Part shown: piece after piece, positions 1 to 15,756 of the stretch
How positions within the stretch are numbered: position 1 is the first letter of the stretch
Layout: the number at the start of each line of letters is the position of its first letter
Assembly: GCA_963748625.1 (NCBI GenBank)
Contig: CAVVJT010000006.1
Coordinates: forward strand, 32,001 to 96,000
Direction of reading: 5' to 3'
DNA length: 64,000 nucleotides
Source of the DNA: an uncultured Chloroflexia bacterium
Lineage (GTDB): Bacteria > Chloroflexota > Limnocylindria > Limnocylindrales > CSP1-4
The notes under the pieces: generated by a model
The model's input: only the letters and a program-made list of their open reading frames with translations
Told to the model about the DNA's origin: nothing
The model's database searches: none
Made by a program: the position numbers and the translations under genes

Positions 1-389
1 CTGTCGTCACCGCCGGCGACGGGGTTCAGCCCAAAGCCGTTCTGGGTCGGTGGGTAGAGTGCGTCCCGGTAGCGGCTCGGCCAGCCGTTGCCATGACCCA
101 GGTAGACGACGATCGAGGCGCCGGTCACGGCACTCTTCACGGCCGGCCATGTGGCGTTCGGCGAATAGACCATCACGACCTCGGCGCCGGCGGCCTGCGC
201 GGCCTTGGCCGCATCGTTGGCGAGGGCCCGGTAGCGGTCGGTGATGCCCCCCGCGGGTCCGACGATGAGCGCGACCTTCGGGACGGGTGTCGCCGCGGCC
301 GCGGGCGCAGCCACACCCGTCGCGCCGACCAGCGCGATGAGCGCGACGAACGTCAGGCGAAGCCGGCGATCCAGCGATCCGTCTCCCAG
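1..389 (-). CDS. Secreted hypothetical protein (runs off the left window edge); start codon uncertain (CTG 389 or 374)
   Basis: Manual minus-strand translation: LDRRLRLTFVALIALVGATGVAAPAAAATPVPKVALIVGP...SIVVYLGHGNGWPSRY; signal-peptide-like N-terminus; absent from ORF track because no stop is in the window. Confidence 0.6.
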   Translation of the reverse strand, partial: MGDGSLDRRLRLTFVALIALVGATGVAAPAAAATPVPKVALIVGPAGGITDRYRALANDAAKAAQAAGAEVVMVYSPNATWPAVKSAVTGASIVVYLGHGNGWPSRYRDALYPPTQNGFGLNPVAGGDD

Positions 390-579
390 GCCGCGAGCGG
401 AGTTGGCGGTGATCCTGCGGCCCCTACTCTAGTCGGGCGTGCCAACCCGTGCATAGTGAACTCCAGCCGGCTTCTGCGTGCCATGTAGCGTTCAGCACAG
501 GTTCCCGGGGCATCCGTGCACCGTTCGGTACCCCGGCCCGATCATCCGATCCATCCGCGGCACGCGTACCATCCGGGAC

Positions 580-2675
<2,096 letters not shown>

Positions 2676-2679
<4 letters not shown>

Positions 2680-3176
2680 TCGAGGGCGTCACCGTTCGCC
2701 TCGCCCGGGACGACGAGCTCGATGCCGCGGGGGACCTCGTGGTGGCGGCGTACCGGACGCATCCGGACATGGAGGACAGCGACGGGTACCTCGCCCACGT
2801 GCGCGACGTGCGGGGGCGGGCGACCGACACCGTCGTGCTGGTCGCGGTTGACGGTGACGGCCGGCTGCTCGGGTGCGTGAGCTATGTCCGGGACCACACG
2901 AGCGCGTTCGCGGAGATCGAGCAGCCGGGCGAGGCTGGGTTCCGGATGCTCGGCGTCGCTATGGCGGCTCGGGGCCGGGGCGTCGGGCGGGCACTGGTGG
3001 AGGCCTGCCTCGAGCGCGCACGCGCCGCGGGCCGCACGGGTCTGGTGATCGTGACCGCGCCGTCGTGGACGGACGCGCAGCATCTCTACGAGCGGGTCGG
3101 GTTCCGGCGAGCGCCGCACAGGGACTTCGAGCCCGTGCCCGGGATCAGCCTGTGGGCCTACGCCCTGGCCCTCTGA
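2676..3176 (+). CDS. GNAT family N-acetyltransferase
   Basis: Motif A ARGRGVGRALV and AQHLYERVGF; GTG overlaps the upstream TGA. Confidence 0.85.
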
Positions 3177-3212
3177 CGCTCCCGGCGGGCAGCGCCGCGT
3201 GCCGCAGCCGGG

Positions 3213-3422
3213 TCAGGACTGGGGGGGCTTGGTCTCGTCCGTCGCGGCCGTCGCGGCCGTCTCGGTCTCGGTCGTCGTGGTGTCGTCCTTGACGCCCTCG
3301 ATCTCCTTGCGCGCCTCCTTGACGCCCTGGCCGAACGCGCGGCCGAGCAGGGGCAGGGTCTTGGGCCCGCGCCAGATGAGGACGATCACCAGCACGACGA
3401 CGAGGATGAGCGCGAGGTCCAT
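3213..3422 (-). CDS. tatA: Twin-arginine translocase TatA/TatE subunit
   Basis: Short TM helix, GPKTLP, amphipathic helix LGRAFGQGVKEARKE, acidic tail. Confidence 0.85.
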   Translation of the reverse strand: MDLALILVVVLVIVLIWRGPKTLPLLGRAFGQGVKEARKEIEGVKDDTTTTETETAATAATDETKPPQS

Positions 3423-3481
3423 GCGCGGGATGGTAGCAGCGCCGCTGCCCGGCGACCGTGCCGCGGAGTATCGTCCCGGGG

Positions 3482-5266
3482 ATGTCCAGCACGGCGGGTC
3501 CACTGCTCGTCTTCGGGCCCCGGTCACTCGCTTATGACTTCGGCCCGTCGCATCCGCTGACGCCCCGCCGGTTCGGGCCGGGCATCGACCTCCTGCGTCA
3601 GCTGGGGGCTGCGCCGGGCCTGGAGCCCGAGCCCGCTACCCTCGACGCCCTGCTCCGTCTCCACCTGCCCGAATATGTCGCCGCCGTGCGCAGGCTCTCG
3701 GCGGACCCGTCCGGCAGGGGCGCCATGGGGCTCGGTCTCGCGGACAACCCGGCCTTCGCCGGCATGCACGAGGCGGCCGCCGCCGTCGCGGGCGGTTCGT
3801 TGGCCGCGATGGAGGCGATCATCGGCGGCTGCACGCTCCATGCCCACCACCCCGGCGGCGGCCTCCACCACGCGATGGCGGACCGGGCGTGGGGCTTCTG
3901 CATCTACAACGACGTCGCCCTGGCCGTTGTCCGGGCCCGCACCGAGGGGCTGCGCGTGCTCTACGTGGATCTCGACGTCCACCACGGAGACGGTGTCCAG
4001 GCGCTGACCTGTGGCGATCCGGGGGTCCTCACGCTGTCGCTCCACGAGAGCGGCCGGTACCTGTTCCCCGGGACAGGGTTCCTCGACGAGCTCGGGGGTG
4101 GGCCGGCGGCCGGGTCGGCCGTGAACATGCCGTTCGAGCCGTACAGCGGGGAGGCGGTCTGGCTGGCTGCCGTCCGGGCGCTCGTGCCGACGCTCGCCGC
4201 CGTGTTCGGGCCGGACGTCGTGGTCTCGCAGCACGGGGCCGATACGCACGCCTGGGACCCGCTGGCGAACCTCCGGGTGACCACGACGGCGATGGCGGAG
4301 GCGGCCCGGGTGGTGGATGCGGTCGCGCACCGCTGGGCACGGGGGCGGTGGCTCGCGACGGGTGGGGGCGGGTATGAGGTGTACCGGGTGGTGCCGCGAG
4401 CCTGGGCCCTCACGTGGCTCGCGGGCGCCCACCGCGAGCCGCCGGAGCTGACGCCGGAGGCGTGGCGCGACCGGTGGTCGTCGGACGCGTCGTCGTTCGG
4501 GGCTCCGGGGATGCCGACGTCGTTCCTGGACGAGCCGAACGCCGGGCAGGCGGCCGGGGCACCGCAACGGGCTGCGGAGGAGCGGTCGCTCGCGATGCTG
4601 GCCAGGGTCCGTGCCGTGGCCCTGGCGCGGCTGGTGCGCGAGGCCGAGGACCGGGGCTGGTGGTCGCCGGCACTGCAATGGGCCGGGCACGAGCTGCTGA
4701 GCGGGACCGCACCGCATGAGCGCGCGTTGACGGGTTTCGGGGGCGCGCCAGGGGTTGCCGTCGCGGGCCCAGCTCACGACACGACCCCCACGGTGCGCGC
4801 CGTGACGGTCGCGAACCTCACCGGTCTCGGCCTGGTGCCGCGGGTCGTCGCGCCGTTCGACCCCGCGGATGCGCTGGCTCTGCTGCGTGCGGCGGCGCTC
4901 GACGGAGCGCGAGTCGTGGTGGCGGTGTCCGGACCGATGATCGTGGGAGTCGCCCTGGCCGCCCGCTCCGCCACCGAACCGGCCGAGGAGTCGCTCCTCG
5001 CCCTGGGCGTGGCCCCGCAGTTCCGGGGTGCCGGCCTGGGGACGGCGCTGCTCAGGACGCTCGTCGACGGGCGGCCGCCACGGACTCCGATGGAGGCACG
5101 TGTTGGCGTGGCGGAGCGGGACGTGGTCGAGCCGGCAGACGTCACGACGCGCCTCGAGATCGCCCGCCGCCTCCTCGACGGAGCGGGCTTCGTGATCAGC
5201 GCGACATCGCCGGACCTGGCCCGGGACGACCCGTGGACGCTGGTCGCGAGGTTGCCGGGCGCCTGA
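3482..5266 (+). CDS. acuC: AcuC/histone-deacetylase-family deacetylase fused to a C-terminal GNAT-like domain
   Basis: GGLHHA, GFCIYND, DLDVHHGDG, GADTHAWDPL, GGGGY motifs; C-terminal VAPQFRGAGLGTALL GNAT motif A. Confidence 0.8.
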   Translation: MSSTAGPLLVFGPRSLAYDFGPSHPLTPRRFGPGIDLLRQLGAAPGLEPEPATLDALLRLHLPEYVAAVRRLSADPSGRGAMGLGLADNPAFAGMHEAAAAVAGGSLAAMEAIIGGCTLHAHHPGGGLHHAMADRAWGFCIYNDVALAVVRARTEGLRVLYVDLDVHHGDGVQALTCGDPGVLTLSLHESGRYLFPGTGFLDELGGGPAAGSAVNMPFEPYSGEAVWLAAVRALVPTLAAVFGPDVVVSQHGADTHAWDPLANLRVTTTAMAEAARVVDAVAHRWARGRWLATGGGGYEVYRVVPRAWALTWLAGAHREPPELTPEAWRDRWSSDASSFGAPGMPTSFLDEPNAGQAAGAPQRAAEERSLAMLARVRAVALARLVREAEDRGWWSPALQWAGHELLSGTAPHERALTGFGGAPGVAVAGPAHDTTPTVRAVTVANLTGLGLVPRVVAPFDPADALALLRAAALDGARVVVAVSGPMIVGVALAARSATEPAEESLLALGVAPQFRGAGLGTALLRTLVDGRPPRTPMEARVGVAERDVVEPADVTTRLEIARRLLDGAGFVISATSPDLARDDPWTLVARLPGA

Positions 5267-5528
5267 TCCGGGCGGGGTCGGTGACGGCGAGGGGCCGCAT
5301 GGGCCGGAGCCGGCGGCGTGGGAGGGGTCCGTCGGCCCCCCGTCGTCCTCGATCCTCGGTCGCTACGGCACGGGCACCGGAGCGCACCCATCGTCGACAA
5401 TCTCGTCAGCGCACTGACGTCGACCGCGTGGAACCCTCCTCCCCCCACCACGCGATCGGCCAGGTACCACAAACGGCGGGCCTGCATGGGCCCGCCGTTT
5501 GGCTGTCCGGCGGCTGGGAACGGCGCTA

Positions 5529-5564
5529 GAACATCTGTACGAAAGTGCCGCTCCGACCTATACT
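5529..5564 (+). promoter_or_regulatory. Putative LexA (SOS) box GAACATCTGTAC plus -10 TATACT of lhr
   Basis: GAAC-N4-GTAC at 5529-5540 (one mismatch to GAAC-N4-GTTC) overlaps the expected -35; TATACT at 5559-5564. Confidence 0.6.
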
Positions 5565-5573
5565 CGGCGTCCG

Positions 5574-10291
<4,718 letters not shown>

Positions 10292-10295
<4 letters not shown>

Positions 10296-10630
10296 GCGAC
10301 CGCAAAAGCGCCACAATCCGGACCGGTGAGGCCACAACGCCGCTGGACGTCGATGATGCGGGCCCGCTGACGGCGGGTGTCCGTGAGCTGCGCGACCACC
10401 TGTCGCGCTATCTCGACGAGGTCAAGGCAGGACGATCGGTCACCGTGACCGATCACGGAAGGGTGATCGGGACCATTGTCCCGATGCGCTTCTCGGAGCG
10501 GACGATGGAGCTCTACCGGGAGGGGAAGGTCAACCTGCCGACCCTGCCCAAGCGCCCCGCAAGTGAGTTCAAGCGGGTCCATGTCGAGGGCGGGATCCAG
10601 GACATCCTCCGCGAGGTCAAGGGCGGGTGA
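10292..10630 (+). CDS. Phd/YefM-family type II antitoxin
   Basis: GVRELRDHLSRYLDEVKAGRSVTVTDHGRVIGTIVP signature; overlaps the downstream toxin. Confidence 0.88.
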
Positions 10631-11058
10631 GCACCTGCTTCGACGCCTCGGCCCTCGTCAAGCTGTTCCTCGACGAGGGAGACGCGGAGACTGTCGAGGC
10701 GCTCTGGACGGACACGGCGGATGCCTTCGTGTCGATCGTCGCGTACGCGGAGCTTCGCGGCTCGATCTCGCGGGCGCTCCGTGGTGGGCGGATCCTCCCC
10801 GATGCGTACCCGACCGTCCGGCTGGAGCTCGAGCAGCTGTGGGGATCCGTCGTGGAGGTCCGGCTCGAGGGCACGCTGCCGCAGCGCGCAGGAGCCCTGG
10901 CCGACAGGCATGGCCTCGGCGCCCTGGATGCCATCCACCTCGCATCGGCGCTGAGCATCGCCACGCCGGCCGATCAACCCACCTTCGTCACCTTCGACCG
11001 GCGGCTGGCCGAGGCCGCCATCGCCGAGGGGCTCGCGGTTCTGCCCGAGGTCGCATAG
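10627..11058 (+). CDS. vapC: VapC PIN-domain toxin
   Basis: FDASALVKLF, E of AYAELR, LDAIHLASA, FVTFDRRLAEAA PIN motifs. Confidence 0.9.
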   Translation: MSTCFDASALVKLFLDEGDAETVEALWTDTADAFVSIVAYAELRGSISRALRGGRILPDAYPTVRLELEQLWGSVVEVRLEGTLPQRAGALADRHGLGALDAIHLASALSIATPADQPTFVTFDRRLAEAAIAEGLAVLPEVA

Positions 11059-11841
11059 GTGCCCGAGGGCGACACGCTCGTCCGCACCGCGGCGGGCCTG
11101 CGGCCGTACTTGGTCGGACGCACGGTGACTGCCGCGTCGGCCCGCGCGCCGGGTCCGCGAGTGGAGCGTCTGGTCGGCGCGACCGTGACCGGCGTCGAAG
11201 CGCAGGGCAAGAACCTCCTCATCCGCTTCGACAACGGCCTGGTGGTGCGGACGCACCTGCGCATGAACGGCTCGTGGCACCGCTACCGGCCGGGCGAACC
11301 GTGGCGCCTCCCGCCCGCACGGGCGCGGCTCGTCATCGAGGTCCCGGGATCGGTCGCCGTCTGCTTCGACGCCCCGACCGTGGAGCTGTTCGAGCAGCGG
11401 GCCGAGGGGCTGCACCCGGCCCTGGGCCGCCTCGGGCCGGACTTGCTGAAGGACCCGTTCGACGACGCCGAGGCGTTGCGACGGCTGCGGGATCCTGCCT
11501 GGGCGGACCGGTCCATCGCTGAAGCGCTCCTCGACCAGCGTGCGCTCGCCGGCATCGGCAACGAGGTGAAGAACGAGGTGCTGTGGCAGGCGCGGGTGTC
11601 GCCGTGGAGGCCGGTCCGCGAGGTCGATGACGAGCTGCTCGGCGTGCTCATCGACCTCGCCCGCGACGTCCTGCGCGAGGGCGCTGCCACCGGGCGCCGG
11701 CCCCGCCACGTGTACCGGCGCGCCGCCCGTCCCTGCCCGCACTGCGACACGTTGATCCGCGTCGAGCACCAGGGCCAGGACCTGCCCCGCCTAACCTTCT
11801 GGTGCCCCACGTGCCAGCCGGACCCGAGGAGCCCCGCATGA
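11059..11841 (+). CDS. nei: Fpg/Nei family DNA glycosylase (endonuclease VIII-like)
   Basis: N-terminal PEG, HLRMNGSW, H2TH LLDQRALAGIGN, zinc finger CPHC...WCPTCQ. Confidence 0.9.
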   Translation: MPEGDTLVRTAAGLRPYLVGRTVTAASARAPGPRVERLVGATVTGVEAQGKNLLIRFDNGLVVRTHLRMNGSWHRYRPGEPWRLPPARARLVIEVPGSVAVCFDAPTVELFEQRAEGLHPALGRLGPDLLKDPFDDAEALRRLRDPAWADRSIAEALLDQRALAGIGNEVKNEVLWQARVSPWRPVREVDDELLGVLIDLARDVLREGAATGRRPRHVYRRAARPCPHCDTLIRVEHQGQDLPRLTFWCPTCQPDPRSPA

Positions 11842-12128
11842 ATGACAATCCCAACACGCCCGTCGACGTCCGCTGCGAGCCTGCTCCCGGCGGCTGGACC
11901 TGCCGCGTGACGGTGGGCGGTGCCGGAGCTCCCACGACGCATGTCGTGGGCATCTCGAACGCTGATCTTGCCCGCCTCGCCCCCGGCGCCCCGACCCCGG
12001 ACGACCTCGTCCGCCGGTCCTTCGCCTTCCTGCTCGCCCGCGAGCCGAAGGAGTCCATCCTGGGCCGCTTCGACCTGCCCCTGATCGGCCGCTACTTCCC
12101 GGAGTACGAGCGGATGGTCCTCGGCTAG
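11838..12128 (+). CDS. Small conserved hypothetical protein
   Basis: ATGA overlap with nei, RBS GAGGAG; C-terminal SFAFLLAREPKESIL..FDL..I.RYFPEYE. Confidence 0.7.
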   Translation: MNDNPNTPVDVRCEPAPGGWTCRVTVGGAGAPTTHVVGISNADLARLAPGAPTPDDLVRRSFAFLLAREPKESILGRFDLPLIGRYFPEYERMVLG

Positions 12129-13111
12129 GAGCCGAGCTCGCAGGTCAAGTCCACCGGCACCACGATCTCGTGACTCGGCTCGAGGTCGGACACGCGGGGC
12201 CACCCGAGGACGTCGTAGGACACCTGGATCGTGGTGGGTCTGAAGTCGGTACCGGGCGGGGGCGACGCCGGGTCCGCCAGGATCACGCCGCAGGTGTCCG
12301 GTGCCCCGGTCAGCACGATGAACACACGTTGCCGTGGTCCGAGCGTGAGTGGCTCGAACGGCCGGCTTGGGGCCCTGCCCGGGTCCCCCAAGGGGTGGTC
12401 GAGGAGGTTGATCGGATCGTCGACGATGTCCACCCGCTGCCACGGAGCGTCCCCGCCGCTCAGGATGCCGTTGAGACGGATCGGCAGTGGGCCGGAGTTG
12501 GCGATCGAGAAGCCCGTCCTGTACGGCTGTCCGGCCGCGTACACGAGCTGGCGGCCGGTGTACCCGGAGGGCATCTCCGCGCGCACGATGTCGGTCACGT
12601 AGGCACCATCCGATTCGTCGGCTACCGCCGCGGGCAGGAGGGACAGCGCCGCCGCCGCGATCGGGATCGCGAACATCACCGCGAGCACCATCAGCGACGC
12701 ACGACGCCGGCGGCGCAATGCGAGGATGGCGGCGACGGCAAGGCATCCCAACCCGATGAACGCGGCGACCTGGCCGGCTTGGGCGATGTCGGGGTAGTTG
12801 ACGATCCCCGGCCCGAGCGCTGGTGACACGTCCCCGGGAGCCGGTGATGCGCCCACCACTGTGGCGTCGAGCACCGCGCGATTGCCCAGCGCGACGACGA
12901 CGATCACGGCAGCCGCCGCGACCATCACCGTCCCGATAACGCTGGCGGCGATCCGCGCCCGGTCCGCGCCGCGTGGCGCCGTCTCCGGCACGCGGGCCAC
13001 GCCGTCGCGCAGGGCGTAGGGAGCGGTGCCAGGATCGCGGTCGGCGAGGAGGCCGCGGAACTCGCGCTCGAGTCGCGCGTCGGTGGCGTCGGTGATCGGC
13101 TGGTCGCTCAT
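12125..13111 (-). CDS. Membrane protein, probable anti-sigma factor
   Basis: Translationally coupled downstream of the ECF sigma; short cytoplasmic N-terminus, TM helices, extracellular C-terminus. Confidence 0.6.
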   Translation of the reverse strand: MSDQPITDATDARLEREFRGLLADRDPGTAPYALRDGVARVPETAPRGADRARIAASVIGTVMVAAAAVIVVVALGNRAVLDATVVGASPAPGDVSPALGPGIVNYPDIAQAGQVAAFIGLGCLAVAAILALRRRRRASLMVLAVMFAIPIAAAALSLLPAAVADESDGAYVTDIVRAEMPSGYTGRQLVYAAGQPYRTGFSIANSGPLPIRLNGILSGGDAPWQRVDIVDDPINLLDHPLGDPGRAPSRPFEPLTLGPRQRVFIVLTGAPDTCGVILADPASPPPGTDFRPTTIQVSYDVLGWPRVSDLEPSHEIVVPVDLTCELGS

Positions 13112-13674
13112 CGGTCCGCCTCCAGGAGCACGGTGCGGAGCTTTGTCATCGCGTGATGGAGGCGGGACTTGACGGTCCCCTCAGGCACGCCCGCGAGTGT
13201 CGCAACCTGCGGCACCGTGAGATCCCCGTGGAACCGGAGCGTCACCACCAGGCGCTCGTCCGGCGAGAGGGCGTCGAGGGCCCGCGAGAGCGCGTCGCGG
13301 ACAGCGGTCGTTTCGGACGCGTCGGCGACGCGCGGGTGCTCGATCTCGGTCAGGTCCCGGCCGACGTCCACCACCCGGTGGCGGGCTTTCGCGCGAAGGC
13401 GGTCGCGGCAGCCGTTGACGACGATCCGCGCGAACCAGGCGTCGAACGCACCGGGATCGCGTAGCGAGGCGAAGGCCCGCCAGGCTGCGACCGCAGCGTC
13501 GTGGACCGCGTCCTCGGCCTCGACCCGGTCGTTGAGGATCACGGCGGCAAGGCGGTAGGAGGCGTCCAACTGCCGGTCCACGAGGTGCCGGAAGGCGTCC
13601 GCCCGCGCGTCGATGACGCGCAGCGACGCTCCAGCACGCTCCCGGATCGGTTCCCCCACGAGACTCCCCAGCAT
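13108..13674 (-). CDS. ECF RNA polymerase sigma factor
   Basis: AEDAVHDA, FDAWFARIVVN (region 2), VPEGTVKSRLHHA (region 4); start approximate. Confidence 0.9.
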   Translation of the reverse strand: MLGSLVGEPIRERAGASLRVIDARADAFRHLVDRQLDASYRLAAVILNDRVEAEDAVHDAAVAAWRAFASLRDPGAFDAWFARIVVNGCRDRLRAKARHRVVDVGRDLTEIEHPRVADASETTAVRDALSRALDALSPDERLVVTLRFHGDLTVPQVATLAGVPEGTVKSRLHHAMTKLRTVLLEADR

Positions 13675-13765
13675 CGTCGCCTGCCTCCGTTCATCGAACC
13701 TGACGAACGGGCGGCACGAATCGTTCACGACTTGGCGAGCGTGCACCAGTGTCAACCGCCTGGCG

Positions 13766-14164
13766 CTACCCGGTCGTTCGAATCTTCCAGAACGAGTCCT
13801 TCGTCACGACCTTGCCATCGCGGAAGACCCACAGATCGCAGCCTCGGACCTCGATTCGCGCTCCCTCGATCGTCGTCCCGGACAGGGTCCACTCGGACGC
13901 CCCGCGGTCGCCGTCGACGAAGTGCTGATCCTGCCGATACCGGATGTCCGGGATACTGGAAAAGCGGGCGGCGAAGGCCTCGCGGATCGCTTCCCGGCCA
14001 ACGAACCGGGTGCCCCACGAGTCCGATCCCCGCGGCCCTTCGAAGACGGCGTTCTCGGCGAAGTGGGCCATGATCGCATCGAGGTCGTGCTCATCGAAGG
14101 CTGTCGCGATGGCCTTGAGCATCCGCATCGCGCCGTCGTGGTCCATGTGGCGCGGCTCGGTCAC
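13766..14164 (-). CDS. NTF2/SnoaL-like protein
   Basis: AFDEHDLDAIMAHFAENAVF, GREAIR, EWTLSGT, VRGCDLWVFRDGKV. Confidence 0.85.
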   Translation of the reverse strand: MTEPRHMDHDGAMRMLKAIATAFDEHDLDAIMAHFAENAVFEGPRGSDSWGTRFVGREAIREAFAARFSSIPDIRYRQDQHFVDGDRGASEWTLSGTTIEGARIEVRGCDLWVFRDGKVVTKDSFWKIRTTG

Positions 14165-14393
14165 GACATCATGGTACTCACCGGCGCGTATGATCCGCGC
14201 CGGCCCTGTTCCCTGACGCGGCGAAGGGCGCAACAGATCGGTCTCTCGCGCGTCTCCAGAGCACTGTCGCGCTCGATGCGCACGGGCGTCCCGCCAGAGC
14301 CGGCCTCCGTCGGCAGACCCGTTCCTGCGGAGGGATCTGACCGGCCGATCACGAGCCCAGCGGGGCCCCGACCCGGGGGATGGGAGGACGACC

Positions 14394-15752
14394 GTGGACG
14401 ACACCGCGACCGGCGCGATCCCCCTGACCGGCGACGCCACGCCGGAGGTCGACCCGGAGGCGGGGGCCCGTCCCACCGCGCTGTTGCCGATGACGCAGCT
14501 GATGCGGATCTCGGCCTACTGGCTGGGCCTCACCGCCATCGATGCCGCGGTCGGGTTGTTCATCACCAATCGTGTCGAGTTCGACGGCCTGGTGCCCAGG
14601 GACGACGTCGGCAAGTCGCTGTTCATGATCGGCATCGGCGCCGCGATCGTGGGAATCATCATCCAGCCCACCGTCGGCTACATCAGCGACTACACCGTTT
14701 CCAGGTGGGGTCGGCGCAAGCCGTACATCGTCTTCGGGTCCCTGCTGGACGTGGTGTTCCTGATCGGGATCGCCATGGGGAACTCGGTCCTCATGCTCGC
14801 GGCCTTCATGCTGCTGCTCGCCGTCAGCACCAACATCGCGCGCGGTCCATTCCAGGGCTACATCCCGGACCTCGTCGCGGAGCCGCAGGTCGGCATGGCG
14901 AGCGGGATGGTGGGCCTCATGCAGGTGGTCGGGAACGTCACCGGGTTCCTCCTCGTATCGCTGTCCGTCACGCTCGGCGTCATGGAGCTCTCGCTCGTGG
15001 CGGTTGCGATCGTCGAGCTCGTGACCATGGCCAGCGTGGTCCTCAAGGTCGGAAAGGGCATGCCGCCCAAGCCGCGCCACGGCAAGTCCTGGGCACGCAT
15101 CGCACGCGAGGCCTGGGCGACCGACATCCTCCGGGAGCGGTCCTACATCTGGTTGCTGGTGTCCCGGCTCCTGTTCCTGGTCGCCGGCTCGCTCCTCGTC
15201 AACTTCGTGGTCATCTACCTCGGGCGCGCCTTCTTCATGTCCAAGGAGGAGGCGAACTCGATGTACGTCGTCATCCTGATCGTCGTCATCGCCGCCAACG
15301 TGGTGGCGATCCTGCCCGCCTCCCGCCTGTCCGACCGGATCGGGCGCAAGCCGCTGATCTTCGCAGCGTGCGCTGGCGGTGCCGCGGGTGCGGGGATCAT
15401 CGCCCTGACACCGTCCATCCCGATCGCGATGGTCGGCGCCGCGCTGTTCGGCGCCGCGAACGGCAGCTTCCTGGCCGTCGACTGGGCGCTGATGACCGAC
15501 ATCATCCCGCGAGCGTCGGCCGGCCGCTACATGGGCATGAGCAACGTGGCCACCGGTTCGGCCGGGCCTCTCTCCGTCGCCATCGGCGGGGTCGTGCTGG
15601 ACCTCGTGACCTCGGCCGGCAACGAGCCCCTCAGCCCAAGGGTGGTGTTCATTCTCGCCGTCGCGTTCTTCGCGAGCGCAGCGGTCACCCTTCGCCCCGT
15701 CGTCGAGCCGCGCCGCGACCGCCACCCACGGGCGGAGGCCGCAGCCGCCTGA
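14394..15752 (+). CDS. MFS transporter
   Basis: About 12 hydrophobic segments; GYISDYT.SRWGRRKP and SDRIGRK motif A. Confidence 0.88.
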   Translation: MDDTATGAIPLTGDATPEVDPEAGARPTALLPMTQLMRISAYWLGLTAIDAAVGLFITNRVEFDGLVPRDDVGKSLFMIGIGAAIVGIIIQPTVGYISDYTVSRWGRRKPYIVFGSLLDVVFLIGIAMGNSVLMLAAFMLLLAVSTNIARGPFQGYIPDLVAEPQVGMASGMVGLMQVVGNVTGFLLVSLSVTLGVMELSLVAVAIVELVTMASVVLKVGKGMPPKPRHGKSWARIAREAWATDILRERSYIWLLVSRLLFLVAGSLLVNFVVIYLGRAFFMSKEEANSMYVVILIVVIAANVVAILPASRLSDRIGRKPLIFAACAGGAAGAGIIALTPSIPIAMVGAALFGAANGSFLAVDWALMTDIIPRASAGRYMGMSNVATGSAGPLSVAIGGVVLDLVTSAGNEPLSPRVVFILAVAFFASAAVTLRPVVEPRRDRHPRAEAAAA

Positions 15753-15756
15753 CCGG

